A DNA stretch of 45,475 nucleotides from a bacterium (lineage in GTDB: Bacteria > Desulfobacterota > GWC2-55-46 > S146-80 > JALXFI01), in assembly GCA_027069035.1 (NCBI GenBank), contig JALXFI010000331.1, positions 1-45,475 of the forward strand, given 5' to 3'. The notes under the pieces were generated by a model. The model did not search any database. It saw only the letters and a program-made list of their open reading frames with translations, and was not told where the DNA came from. A program made the translations under genes and the position numbers. Position 1 is the stretch's first letter, and each line of letters starts with the position of its first letter. Positions 16,379 to 25,636 of the stretch are shown one piece after another.

Positions 16379-17731
16379 TCATATCTTCTTTTCAAGCCAC
16401 TTATCTATCAGAAGTTCTGCTACTTTTATATCTGCATCGTTTCTAACCTCGATAGAAGCTACAGGGCTACTTACTTCATAGATACCAATATTTTGACCAA
16501 ATAAGTTGCCCACACGAATAAACTCAGGATGGGTTGCACAACATACTCCCCTTAACTCTAAATAGGTAGGGTCTTTAATTATTCGCGGTGTTAAACCCTC
16601 GTCTAGAAGCTTGATCTTCCCCTTACATTCCTTCCATATTGACTTATTTTCACTTTTCACTGCCACAATAGTATCAAAACCATTTTTAACTAATTGACTA
16701 ATCATATTGTCTATTATGTCATGTGGACGGAATGGGAATGTTATCTCAAGGGTGACAAGTAGGTCAGGAAATATTTTTAAGGATTCCATTTTTTCAACGG
16801 TGTGTTGAAATACACGTTCGATATCAATATAGTCTTCAGAGTATATGGGGTCTCGTAAAAACGGCACTTCGGCACCCAAATTCTCTGCTAATTTAGCAGT
16901 TTTTATGTTATCAGTAGAAACTATAACCCTTTTAACATACTTAGACCCCCTGGCAACTTCTATAGTATAGTCTAAAAGTGGTCTGTCTTTCAGATATGGA
17001 ACCTCTCCCTTTACAGGAATAACTGCTATAATATTCAAATCATTTATATCAACATGGATATTATTCTTGATATCCGGCATCAGATCTTCCAGTATCTTGA
17101 CCACATTAACACATCTACTTGCCTCTCCATTTTGATGTATGCCGTGATAATGGAAGACCCTAGCTTCTGGTTCATATACTATTTTATATTTTTTACGCAG
17201 CATTTTTTCAGCCCATACCCTATCTTCGATATTCGTTATAGTCTCATCAAAAGGAGTTTCCTCCCATAAACTCCTCCTTATCATGCTGTTCGCATTGTGG
17301 AAAAAGCTATCTTTTCTTTGTACTCTTCTGTCAAGACCGAAGATTATAGAAAGATCACGCTTGTCAGAGTCTGAAGTAAAAGCGAGAGGTTCTTGTCGTC
17401 CATAAACCCCTGCTACCTCTTCATCCTGAAAATTTCTAAGAAGGCTCGACAACCATTTTTCATTGACAGGTATACAATGACCCGAAAGGCATACTATGTA
17501 ATCTCCTTTTGCCTCTCTTATACCCATGTTGAGAGCAAGACCAGGTCTATAATCCCTACATTTCACAATTTTCACTATATCAAATTGCTTAGCCTTCTCA
17601 ATCGTCTTATCAGTACTTTCATTATCCACCAGGATAACCTCAAAGTCCCGGTACTCCTGATTGAATACACTCTTCAGGCACATAGTTATCCATCTCTCTT
17701 CATTTTTAGTTCTGATAACAATAGAAACCAT
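16379..17731 (-). CDS. Fusion protein B: N-terminal GT2-like domain (DxD replaced by LSGHC) plus C-terminal CTP_transf_3 cytidylyltransferase-like domain
   Basis: 450 aa. N-terminus VSIVIRTKNEE, ILVDNESTDKT, YIVCLSGHCIPVN. C-terminal half IIAVIPVKGEVPYLKDRPLLDYTIEVA, RVIVSTD, GAEVPFLRDP. Confidence 0.7.
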   Translation of the reverse strand: MVSIVIRTKNEERWITMCLKSVFNQEYRDFEVILVDNESTDKTIEKAKQFDIVKIVKCRDYRPGLALNMGIREAKGDYIVCLSGHCIPVNEKWLSSLLRNFQDEEVAGVYGRQEPLAFTSDSDKRDLSIIFGLDRRVQRKDSFFHNANSMIRRSLWEETPFDETITNIEDRVWAEKMLRKKYKIVYEPEARVFHYHGIHQNGEASRCVNVVKILEDLMPDIKNNIHVDINDLNIIAVIPVKGEVPYLKDRPLLDYTIEVARGSKYVKRVIVSTDNIKTAKLAENLGAEVPFLRDPIYSEDYIDIERVFQHTVEKMESLKIFPDLLVTLEITFPFRPHDIIDNMISQLVKNGFDTIVAVKSENKSIWKECKGKIKLLDEGLTPRIIKDPTYLELRGVCCATHPEFIRVGNLFGQNIGIYEVSSPVASIEVRNDADIKVAELLIDKWLEKKI

Positions 17732-17739
17732 TTGTTTAA

Positions 17740-18474
17740 CTAATTCTCTTTGTCCTCTTTAATAACGTCATCATATTTAATCTCATAGGAACCTATAGAC
17801 TGTTTTGCCTTTAATACATATTCAGCCAGCATAAGATCCTCTTTGGTTTTTATAATAATCGAAGTTTCTTTGCTTACAGGATAATACCCCACTTTGCCAC
17901 AAAATAAGGCGTATCCGTTCCTATCGAACTCCTTTATGAATGTTTTAGTTCGCCACATCATTATTGAATAAACAAATGGCTGGACAGGTTTAAGATCCTG
18001 AGTCTGTGCAAATACCTCACACATCTTAAAGTTAACGGGCTTGCCATCATAGATACAATGGACCTGCTCATTTTTTACTGTTATAAGGGTGTCAAGCCTC
18101 TTCTCAAGGAAATAACTTATAACCTCCCTTATTTCTTTACCCGTCTGCAATGGAGATGTAGGATTTACCCAAGCAACTATATCAGAGGGATATTTCAACA
18201 TAAAGTCATATACAACACTATCCGATTTAGTTGTGGATGAACCAAGTTCTTCAGGTCTAAGGTAAAAGTCTACCCCATAATGCCTTGCAATCTTTGCAAA
18301 GACTCCATAATCCGAGTTCAACACTATCTTATCAAACACCCCTGAGGACTTCGCCGCATCAATAGCATAGGCAATAAGGGGTTTCCCTCTCAATAGAGCA
18401 AGATTTTTTATCTTAAGGCGTGTGCTTCCTTTTCTTGCCGGGATCATAGCTATTATCTTCTCTTTTCTCTTCAA
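17740..18474 (-). CDS. Acylneuraminate (CMP-ulosonic acid) cytidylyltransferase, NeuA-like
   Basis: 244 aa. IIAMIPARKGSTRLKIKNLALLRGKPLIAYAIDAA and NPTSPL. TTG start with AAGGAGGAG 8 nt upstream. Confidence 0.8.
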   Translation of the reverse strand: MKRKEKIIAMIPARKGSTRLKIKNLALLRGKPLIAYAIDAAKSSGVFDKIVLNSDYGVFAKIARHYGVDFYLRPEELGSSTTKSDSVVYDFMLKYPSDIVAWVNPTSPLQTGKEIREVISYFLEKRLDTLITVKNEQVHCIYDGKPVNFKMCEVFAQTQDLKPVQPFVYSIMMWRTKTFIKEFDRNGYALFCGKVGYYPVSKETSIIIKTKEDLMLAEYVLKAKQSIGSYEIKYDDVIKEDKEN

Positions 18475-18501
18475 TGCCTATCTCCTCCTTATCTTAGACA
18501 A

Positions 18502-20145
18502 CTAATTATCTCCCCAACGCTTCCACAGTGTAAACTCATGATGCGTCTCAAATATGCCCTTTTGAGCTATCTCTCTATTAATCTTGGAGACATTTGTTAT
18601 TACGTCCCCCGAGGCGACTGAGAGAATATACTCAAAAAGTTCATCCCCCACTTCTTCAATAGACCTACCTTTAAGGACACTTTCTGTGAAGAAATCAACA
18701 TGCTTTTTCAAACCCATTTCATACCTGTTACCTATTTTAATCACCTGACTTAGAGCTGCACCAATAGGCGTACCTAGTCCTGTAGTAAAAGCTACAATCT
18801 GGGAACCCGAGAGACCAAGGGCTGTAGTTGATATTTGATCATAGCTTGGAGCATTCAGCACCCATAGTCCTCTTAAATCTTTATCATATATCCAGTCTCC
18901 GTAGTCAAGTACCCCTTCTATCACAGCGTTCCCACATTTTTGAGCGGCGGATGCAGATTTAACAAATATATTTAAAAGCCCTCCCTTTTTATTACCAGGG
19001 GCAACCTTCTGTCTACCTATCCCTGGTATTGGATATTGTTTGCTTATCCTATCAAAGGTTGGCAATAAGTCTCTCAATTTTCTTGCAACTTCCTCATTGC
19101 GCGCCCGCTCAGCTATTATATGCATATAACCATCAAACTCTGGGATTTCGGTAATGATTGCAGCTCCACCTCCTTTTACCAACTTATCTACTGCTCGACC
19201 GAGAACAGGATTAGCACAAATTCCAGAGAATATATCCGAACCCCCACATTTTAAACCCAATGTTAAGTATGATATAGGCAAAGGTTTTCGCCTACGTTTA
19301 TCAGCCACCCTCAGCAACTCCTTAATAGGTCCGTCAACAATCTGTTCGATTGCTTCCAACTCGCCGAGATAATGTTGGAGTTTATCGCTCATCACTCTCT
19401 TATCAAAATCAATTACTTTTGAACGAAGAAAAGGAATAATATTTTCTGGCGTTTCACTACAAGGCGTCAGATGTTCGCATCCAAGACCGAGTAGAAATAC
19501 AAATCCTATGTTTGGATGATTCATAATGCGAACCAAAATCTGTAGAAGTTCCTCCTTAGCTCCGCCTTCGGGTATTCCACAGCCTGATTCATGAGTAATA
19601 GCAACAACATCCGTCACATGGGGATATTTATGTAAAAGCCTTTTCCTTGCTAAGAAGGCTATATTCTTCACCGCTACTGCAGAACATTTCACTGTACTTA
19701 GTATAGCTACAATATTTTCTGTTCCTCCACCTTCTTTCCCATCAATTGTAACTTTACAAGGAAAACCTCTAAAAGTCCTCTTTAAAAGTAGAGGATCATA
19801 CCGACCTTTTTGGGGCGTGGTGGAAAATGTTTTATTAGAATATATCTCCGTCTCCATCTCACTGCACGCATTGTCATCAATTAATGACCCTGCGTCTATA
19901 AAACATCTCGCTTTTCCAATTGTAATACCAAAGGAGATTATATATTCTCCCTTATCTATATCTTTTATAGAAAAAAGACTACCTACAGGCATATCACTCT
20001 TCAATGTTATCTTTCTTGCGCCATCGTATAATACAAGCCCACAATGTAGAGGCTTTTTAGCTATGGCGATATTATCTCTAAGCTTATAGCCTGATGAATC
20101 TTCTGTAAAATTTGCCACAAAGGCATAATCTGAAAAACTTTTCAT
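18502..20145 (-). CDS. UxaA/GarD-family sugar-acid dehydratase (N-terminal SAF domain plus altronate/galactarate dehydratase C-domain)
   Basis: 547 aa. SAF-like N-terminus (SDMPVGSLFSIKDIDKGEYIISFGITIGKA). C-domain blocks LGLGCEH, LGLKCGGSDIFSGICANPVLG and ITEIPEF. Confidence 0.75.
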   Translation of the reverse strand: MKSFSDYAFVANFTEDSSGYKLRDNIAIAKKPLHCGLVLYDGARKITLKSDMPVGSLFSIKDIDKGEYIISFGITIGKARCFIDAGSLIDDNACSEMETEIYSNKTFSTTPQKGRYDPLLLKRTFRGFPCKVTIDGKEGGGTENIVAILSTVKCSAVAVKNIAFLARKRLLHKYPHVTDVVAITHESGCGIPEGGAKEELLQILVRIMNHPNIGFVFLLGLGCEHLTPCSETPENIIPFLRSKVIDFDKRVMSDKLQHYLGELEAIEQIVDGPIKELLRVADKRRRKPLPISYLTLGLKCGGSDIFSGICANPVLGRAVDKLVKGGGAAIITEIPEFDGYMHIIAERARNEEVARKLRDLLPTFDRISKQYPIPGIGRQKVAPGNKKGGLLNIFVKSASAAQKCGNAVIEGVLDYGDWIYDKDLRGLWVLNAPSYDQISTTALGLSGSQIVAFTTGLGTPIGAALSQVIKIGNRYEMGLKKHVDFFTESVLKGRSIEEVGDELFEYILSVASGDVITNVSKINREIAQKGIFETHHEFTLWKRWGDN

Positions 20146-20180
20146 CTCATAAATCTCTTAATGAAATTACTATTATAAGC

Positions 20181-21386
20181 TTATAAAAGCTCTATATATT
20201 TATCTCCTAAAAACCGAATGTCTATCCACCTACTACCATATTTAAGACTCTTATTTACGGCCTCAATTATCGCTGTGGGAACAATGGAAGCCTTGAAGGT
20301 TGGTCTCACACCCTCAAAAGCTTCGATCTCCTTACCCTCAGACTCAACTCTTACCACATCCCTGAAAAATTGAAGAATACTTTCAATACCATATCCCTGA
20401 AAGGAGATATTACCCTTCTGATAGCCATAGATCGAGCAGAAATCAGGATTAGGCTCTTCAATCCCATCCGTATCATGGACAATGTAGATACCTCTTCTCT
20501 TCTGGTCTGCCTCAAAGCGTCCTTTTGTAGCAATCACCTTAATCTTCTGGTCAGACATGGCAGAAGAGGTTTCAGGGTCTATCCAGTTAGTAAAAAAAGA
20601 GGATGAAAATATCTCTCCTGATGGCATTCTCCACTCAACAATAGCCTGTATGGAATCATAGGTGTCAATACCCTTTGAAGCCAAGAACATCTTCTGCCCT
20701 ATTGCCATTGCCCTTAGGGGGAGGGCTTTAGTTGCAAAATATATGATATCTGCATAGTGGACACCGAGGTATTGGAATATATTCGTTGTTTTGGCCCAAG
20801 CCTTAAATCTCTCCAGAGGGATACTCTTTCTCTGACTGTATTCTATTATGAAATACAAAGGGGTGCCTATCCTGCCACTTAAAATAGTATCTCTTAGTTT
20901 CAGATTAGAACGGTCTAATCTCTTATGAAACTCTACAGCACAATAGACATTATATTTCTCTTGAAGTTCTATTAATTCCAGGACTTCCTTGACTGTAGGT
21001 GCAAGGGGTTTAACCACAAGTGTATGAAGATCATTTTCAATCGTCTTGCCTGCTATCTTCCGATGGAGATTGTCAGGAGTTACAACTATCGCACAGGCAG
21101 GTTTGGAGATTTTTAGGATTGCTTCTTCGTAAGCTTCAGAATTGTAATGACTTTCTGGTAGATATCTTGGTCGAATCTCAAAGCCAAAGAGTTTATTGAG
21201 CTCTGCAACTTTTTCCTTTAAGGCATCTATGCCTTCTGGGCTAGCGCCCGCAATATAAATATCAGCGAGCATATTCATACGTTTCCATTCATACACAGCA
21301 GGCAGAACAGTTCCGTAACCTTCCGTCCCCCTTCCACATACATACATACCTGTCCCTATGATAAGTATATTTATTCTTTGCAACAT
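20181..21386 (-). CDS. Gfo/Idh/MocA-family NAD(P)-dependent oxidoreductase
   Basis: 401 aa. INILIIGTGMYVCGRG Rossmann start, VVTPDNLH, LVVKPLAPT (EKP-like motif), EFHKRLD. Confidence 0.75.
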   Translation of the reverse strand: MLQRINILIIGTGMYVCGRGTEGYGTVLPAVYEWKRMNMLADIYIAGASPEGIDALKEKVAELNKLFGFEIRPRYLPESHYNSEAYEEAILKISKPACAIVVTPDNLHRKIAGKTIENDLHTLVVKPLAPTVKEVLELIELQEKYNVYCAVEFHKRLDRSNLKLRDTILSGRIGTPLYFIIEYSQRKSIPLERFKAWAKTTNIFQYLGVHYADIIYFATKALPLRAMAIGQKMFLASKGIDTYDSIQAIVEWRMPSGEIFSSSFFTNWIDPETSSAMSDQKIKVIATKGRFEADQKRRGIYIVHDTDGIEEPNPDFCSIYGYQKGNISFQGYGIESILQFFRDVVRVESEGKEIEAFEGVRPTFKASIVPTAIIEAVNKSLKYGSRWIDIRFLGDKYIELL

Positions 21387-21470
21387 GGATGTAAATTCTG
21401 TTAAGTATCCAGATCTTTTTAAGTCTTTTGACTGTAGAATGGAAAAATTTATAAATATGCTATCCGAAAG

Positions 21471-22466
21471 CTAACCTTCTATAACCTCATCTATTACAGC
21501 ATCTTTATAGCGATGACATGTCCTGCAGGGTTTCATCTCTAAACGTCGTTTTTCCATATGAAGTCTTCTAAGGCTCTCCATTTTCTCCCCCAACCACACT
21601 TCTTTAATAGTATTCTCTTTCAAGTTACCTATAGGTATGTCAATGTCCCAGTCCGCAATGCAGACCGGAATCAACCCTGTAGAGGTGATGGTTATCCTTT
21701 GCCATAGAAACTGACATACAACCTCTTCATCCTGCTCAACGCTTCTTAAATGATAATCATGTTTGATGTTAAAACTTATATTGTCTGTAATAGGTTTAAA
21801 CATCTCATAGTATTCTCTAAGTTTACCCTTCGTGTATTCATATATCCCCTGAACCTTCACCTTAGGAAACCCCTTTCCAAATCTTTCTTTGAGTTCATAG
21901 AGTTGTTTAACCTTTCTATATATGTCATCGAAGCTAAGGGGTGTACGAAGATTATTATAGTGTTCTCTGAGAGAATCGATACTGATTGTTATATAATCGA
22001 GACCTGCTTTAATAAGCTTCATGTCAAAGTCTTTACTAAGGGCAGAGCCATTGCTAAGCAGAGATATTTCCTTAATTCCGGCTTTTCTTGCATATTCGAT
22101 CATATCTATAAGCATAGGATTTAGCGTTGACTCACCTCTCCAGCTTAACCTTATCGAATAAAGATTGTTTGCAGCACATTCATTTATACCCTTCCTATAA
22201 AGATCGAAGTCCATGTCAACATATGCATGTTCCTTCTTAAAATGCCTTCTAAAACACATAGGACAGGTTAAATTGCAACGAGAACTTGCCTCAAAATCCA
22301 CATGCAATGGGAAAGGGGCCACATAAAACCAGCGAGGATAATTAAACCATTGGAAGCGATTTTGAAAATAATAAAGTGGGAATCGGCGCTCCTCTTCCCA
22401 ACGTCGCTGTCTTTCTCCTTCGTCTATGCATGCCTGATTTATATTTATCTTTGTCTTAAGCCTCAT
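21471..22466 (-). CDS. Radical SAM enzyme with a Cys-poor SPASM/twitch-like C-terminal domain (paralogue 1)
   Basis: CNLTCPMC (CxxxCxxC). C-terminal Cys set C(QFLW)...C(IADW)...CRTC. Start moved to the ATG at 22466, which has GGGAGG 7 nt upstream; the ORF-track ATG at 22481 lacks an SD. Confidence 0.85.
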   Translation of the reverse strand: MRLKTKININQACIDEGERQRRWEEERRFPLYYFQNRFQWFNYPRWFYVAPFPLHVDFEASSRCNLTCPMCFRRHFKKEHAYVDMDFDLYRKGINECAANNLYSIRLSWRGESTLNPMLIDMIEYARKAGIKEISLLSNGSALSKDFDMKLIKAGLDYITISIDSLREHYNNLRTPLSFDDIYRKVKQLYELKERFGKGFPKVKVQGIYEYTKGKLREYYEMFKPITDNISFNIKHDYHLRSVEQDEEVVCQFLWQRITITSTGLIPVCIADWDIDIPIGNLKENTIKEVWLGEKMESLRRLHMEKRRLEMKPCRTCHRYKDAVIDEVIEG

Positions 22467-22566
22467 TTTTAATCCTCCCATTATCGATTGCTCGAGTAAT
22501 ACAACTATTACTAAGCATCAGTCCCTCACTAATCAAAGTAACTCAATGGAGTCACCTATATGGCAC

Positions 22567-23421
22567 CTATATCTTTTGTAATACAAATATTTTGTGATAA
22601 CCATATTCTCCAAAATTTGGTAACTTACTCGCAGCATCGAATATCTCTTCGTCATAAGTAAACTGTTTGATAAACTTTCCCAATATGACTTTATGGTATA
22701 ATACTCTTGTAATTAGCATGTATGTGGATGCATGGTATATCTCTTTTATAAGCTTATACTTACCACGAATATAATTTTTTAGATCTTCGTCTCTTAAGAA
22801 GACATTGTGCCAGTTACCAGCCCTATCCATCTTCATCTTTAGTTTTGCCCTAACAGCGTTCAACCGCTCAACAGCATCAACACTTCCTTCCAATAAAATA
22901 AGTCTTCCTCCCCTCTTGAGAACCTTTCTAATCTCATCTAATGCTTGCTGTTGGAGTTGCCATGAAGGGAGATTTATCACAACACGTGTTGAACAGACAA
23001 CATCAAACTCCTCCTCATACAAAGCTGAAAGTTCTAAGATGTCATGACATTCAAATCTAACCCTGCTTACTAATTGGGGATAGTCATCGTGCATAAGACT
23101 AATCGCGTTTTTTATCATCTCCTTTGAAAAATCAATTCCTAATAAACGCACGTCCTTTAGCCTCTTGGCGTACTCCAGAGTGGAATATCCATTGCCACAC
23201 CCTATATCCAGCACATACTCTCCTTTACGAATTTCTCTGACAACATTTTGTATCTCTAACTCCCTAAGGTTGGAGTCCTTTAAGGTCCCACCTTGCCCTT
23301 TGCTATCTATAAAATAATCACTTTCCCAATCGATGACCTTCAAACTATCAGTCTTCTCTCTATTTAGTACGGCTTGTTGATCCCAGTAATCTTTAATTTT
23401 CTTTTGTAACTCTGATTCCAT
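22567..23421 (-). CDS. Class I SAM-dependent methyltransferase
   Basis: Motif I VLDIGCGNGYST. Start moved to the ATG at 23421 (MESELQ...), which has a perfect AGGAGG 6 nt upstream. Confidence 0.85.
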   Translation of the reverse strand: MESELQKKIKDYWDQQAVLNREKTDSLKVIDWESDYFIDSKGQGGTLKDSNLRELEIQNVVREIRKGEYVLDIGCGNGYSTLEYAKRLKDVRLLGIDFSKEMIKNAISLMHDDYPQLVSRVRFECHDILELSALYEEEFDVVCSTRVVINLPSWQLQQQALDEIRKVLKRGGRLILLEGSVDAVERLNAVRAKLKMKMDRAGNWHNVFLRDEDLKNYIRGKYKLIKEIYHASTYMLITRVLYHKVILGKFIKQFTYDEEIFDAASKLPNFGEYGYHKIFVLQKI

Positions 23422-23534
23422 TCGATTCCTCCTCATCTATTTATTATACACAAAGGAGTTGCAACGTATGATTTCCAAGGACAATTTTGCTGCCCCTGCT
23501 TATTTCTTGGTCTTTGTAGAACTCTCAATATTCC

Positions 23535-24596
23535 TTATCCAAGATAATCTTCAGCTAAAATACTTTCAATCTGCCCAACAACATTAAATATACCATCCGT
23601 CAGAATTGATGCCAAAGTGGTAGAATTGTTATAAAGTCTTTGCCTCTCTTCAATATCTTTTAAAAAATCCTCAATAATGTCTCCCATCTCATCATTATTT
23701 ATAAGAGATACTTCACGTTTTATTCCTTTAACAAAACCCCTTTCTATCAATGGTGAAATATTTTTCACCTCTGTGTCTATTGAAGGCAGAACAAGTGTGG
23801 GTATACTCAACGCTATCATTTCGTATACAAGAGTCCCTCCAGATGTTATAGCTGCTTCACATTGGGATTGAAGATATACTAAGTTTGTACAATTTTGTAT
23901 AAGTTGCACTCTTCTTTTTTTGTCTTTGTTGAGCAAAATGGTTTTTATGTCTTGTAAGTATTTGAAAGCAGGACCTAATGCTATCAGGATTCTGAAAGAG
24001 TTATAATTATTCGAAAGCAATACATTTAAAACTCTTGATGAAATATTACAAGGGTCCGCTCCTCCAAAACAAATGAAGAGATTCCTAATAACTGGTGAAT
24101 AACTTGTACGTTTATAATTAGATATCTCAGGGGCAATCACCATATAGTCAATACCAAGCAAATAACAGGTTTTTAGTGAGCAATAGCGTTTTTCATCATG
24201 AGCAGTTAATGAAGGGTTTATTAACAATGTAGGTTCAATAAACTCCGTACTCACATCTTCATATACAACAGTTATAAGCTTCTCCTGATTGGCAAGATCT
24301 ATAATATGCTTTTTCCCATCTCTTAGATCAATATAAATGATAGCATTCAATTCTTTCGCAAGACAAACTATCTCCTTAGCCTCTTCTAAAGGCTTAACAT
24401 TTCTGTCCAGAACTTCCACATGGAAACCACTACTTTTGACTAAATTCACCCCCTCTGGATAGTTTTTCATTATAAACAGCAAATCTACATCTCTTCTTTT
24501 CAGTTCGTAAGCCAACCGCAGACATTTGAAGACATGTCCCATAGCAACACCATATATGTTACCTCCATCTACTCTGAAGATTATCTTTCTGCTCAT
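23535..24596 (-). CDS. PseG/SpsG-like nucleotide-sugar hydrolase (GT28-C-like fold)
   Basis: 353 aa. IIFRVDGGNIYGVAMGHVFKCLRLAYELKRRD matches the PseG N-terminal G-x-G-H...R/K-C-L pattern. ICFGGADPCN and ITSGGTLVYEMIALSIPTLVLP match the C-terminal half. Confidence 0.65.
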   Translation of the reverse strand: MSRKIIFRVDGGNIYGVAMGHVFKCLRLAYELKRRDVDLLFIMKNYPEGVNLVKSSGFHVEVLDRNVKPLEEAKEIVCLAKELNAIIYIDLRDGKKHIIDLANQEKLITVVYEDVSTEFIEPTLLINPSLTAHDEKRYCSLKTCYLLGIDYMVIAPEISNYKRTSYSPVIRNLFICFGGADPCNISSRVLNVLLSNNYNSFRILIALGPAFKYLQDIKTILLNKDKKRRVQLIQNCTNLVYLQSQCEAAITSGGTLVYEMIALSIPTLVLPSIDTEVKNISPLIERGFVKGIKREVSLINNDEMGDIIEDFLKDIEERQRLYNNSTTLASILTDGIFNVVGQIESILAEDYLG

Positions 24597-24598
24597 TA

Positions 24599-25609
24599 CT
24601 ATTCCAAAAGGGCAGATGAGATTAACGTATACTTTGGAATATCCCTCTTTAACTTTTTACCAAGAAAATCATTTATTAATTCAAGTTGACTTTCAGGGGT
24701 AGAAGGAGTAAGAAATTGGAGGTCATTTATTGTAAGTATATCCCCCTTTGACAAAGCCCTTCTTGAGTAAATTCCACGCCTTTTCCTAAATCTCTGACTT
24801 ACTTCGGATGTAGAGGGGACCTTAACCCCATCTCCGATAGCTTTTTCATAATTACGGACAAAAGAAACTAACCTTTTTAGCTCATCTGGTGAAGCTGAAC
24901 AGGCATGGTCTGGACCGGTCAGACTCTTATCCAGTGTAAAATGTTTTTCTATCACTTTTGCACCCATACAAACTGCTGCAAAAGCAATCTCTATACCAAC
25001 TGTATGATCAGAAAAACCATACGGATAGTTAAAGGTGGTAGCAAGAAGAGGTATAGCAGAAAGGTTACACTCTTCAATTGTGGTAGGATAACAGGAGACA
25101 CAATGTAAAATAATGATCTGTTTGTTTCCTTCCTCTTCAATCCATCTTACCGCAGTAGCAACCTCATTAAGGTAGCTCATACCGGTCGACAATATTATAG
25201 GTCTACCAAGTCTTGCCGCACTTTTAATAAGTTCTTTATAATTAAGATCCATTGAAGCAATTTTTACCGCTGGAGAGTTAATATTTTTAAGGAACTGAAT
25301 ATCTTCAAGAGATTCAGGTGTAGAAAATATTACACCATCTCTTTTTCTTGTATATTCGAATAAAAAAGCGTAATCTTCATAACTCAATTCACACATCTTA
25401 GCTGTTTTAAAACCAGGGTTGTCAGGATGTATAAAGTTTTCTGTTTTATAAGTCTGAATTTTCACCGCATTGGCTCCACACTCAAGTGCTGCATCTATAG
25501 TTTCACAGGCCAGTTTAACATCGCCATTATGATTGATGCCTATCTCAGCTATTATGTAAGCAAGCGATTCATCGCCTATTCTTTTGCCAGATATATCAAC
25601 ACATTCCAT
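24599..25609 (-). CDS. NeuB-family ulosonic acid synthase, paralogue 1 (NeuB/PseI/LegI class; specificity unknown)
   Basis: 336 aa. IIAEIGINHNGD, ILHCVSCYPT, FSDHTVG, VIEKHFTLDKS. C-terminal SAF-like RRGIYSRRALSKGDILTINDL. Confidence 0.9.
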   Translation of the reverse strand: MECVDISGKRIGDESLAYIIAEIGINHNGDVKLACETIDAALECGANAVKIQTYKTENFIHPDNPGFKTAKMCELSYEDYAFLFEYTRKRDGVIFSTPESLEDIQFLKNINSPAVKIASMDLNYKELIKSAARLGRPIILSTGMSYLNEVATAVRWIEEEGNKQIIILHCVSCYPTTIEECNLSAIPLLATTFNYPYGFSDHTVGIEIAFAAVCMGAKVIEKHFTLDKSLTGPDHACSASPDELKRLVSFVRNYEKAIGDGVKVPSTSEVSQRFRKRRGIYSRRALSKGDILTINDLQFLTPSTPESQLELINDFLGKKLKRDIPKYTLISSALLE

Positions 25610-25636
25610 ATGTTTACCTTTAAAAACTTTTAAGAC

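Noticed and set aside
23443-23464. Sigma-70-like promoter: TATAAT (rc of 23443-23448) with TTGCAA (23459-23464) upstream of the methyltransferase gene
   Set aside because: The spacing between the hexamers is only 10 nt and there is no TGn extended -10. The TATAAT alone is expected by chance in AT-rich sequence. It may still be a weak internal promoter, but the sequence alone cannot support that.
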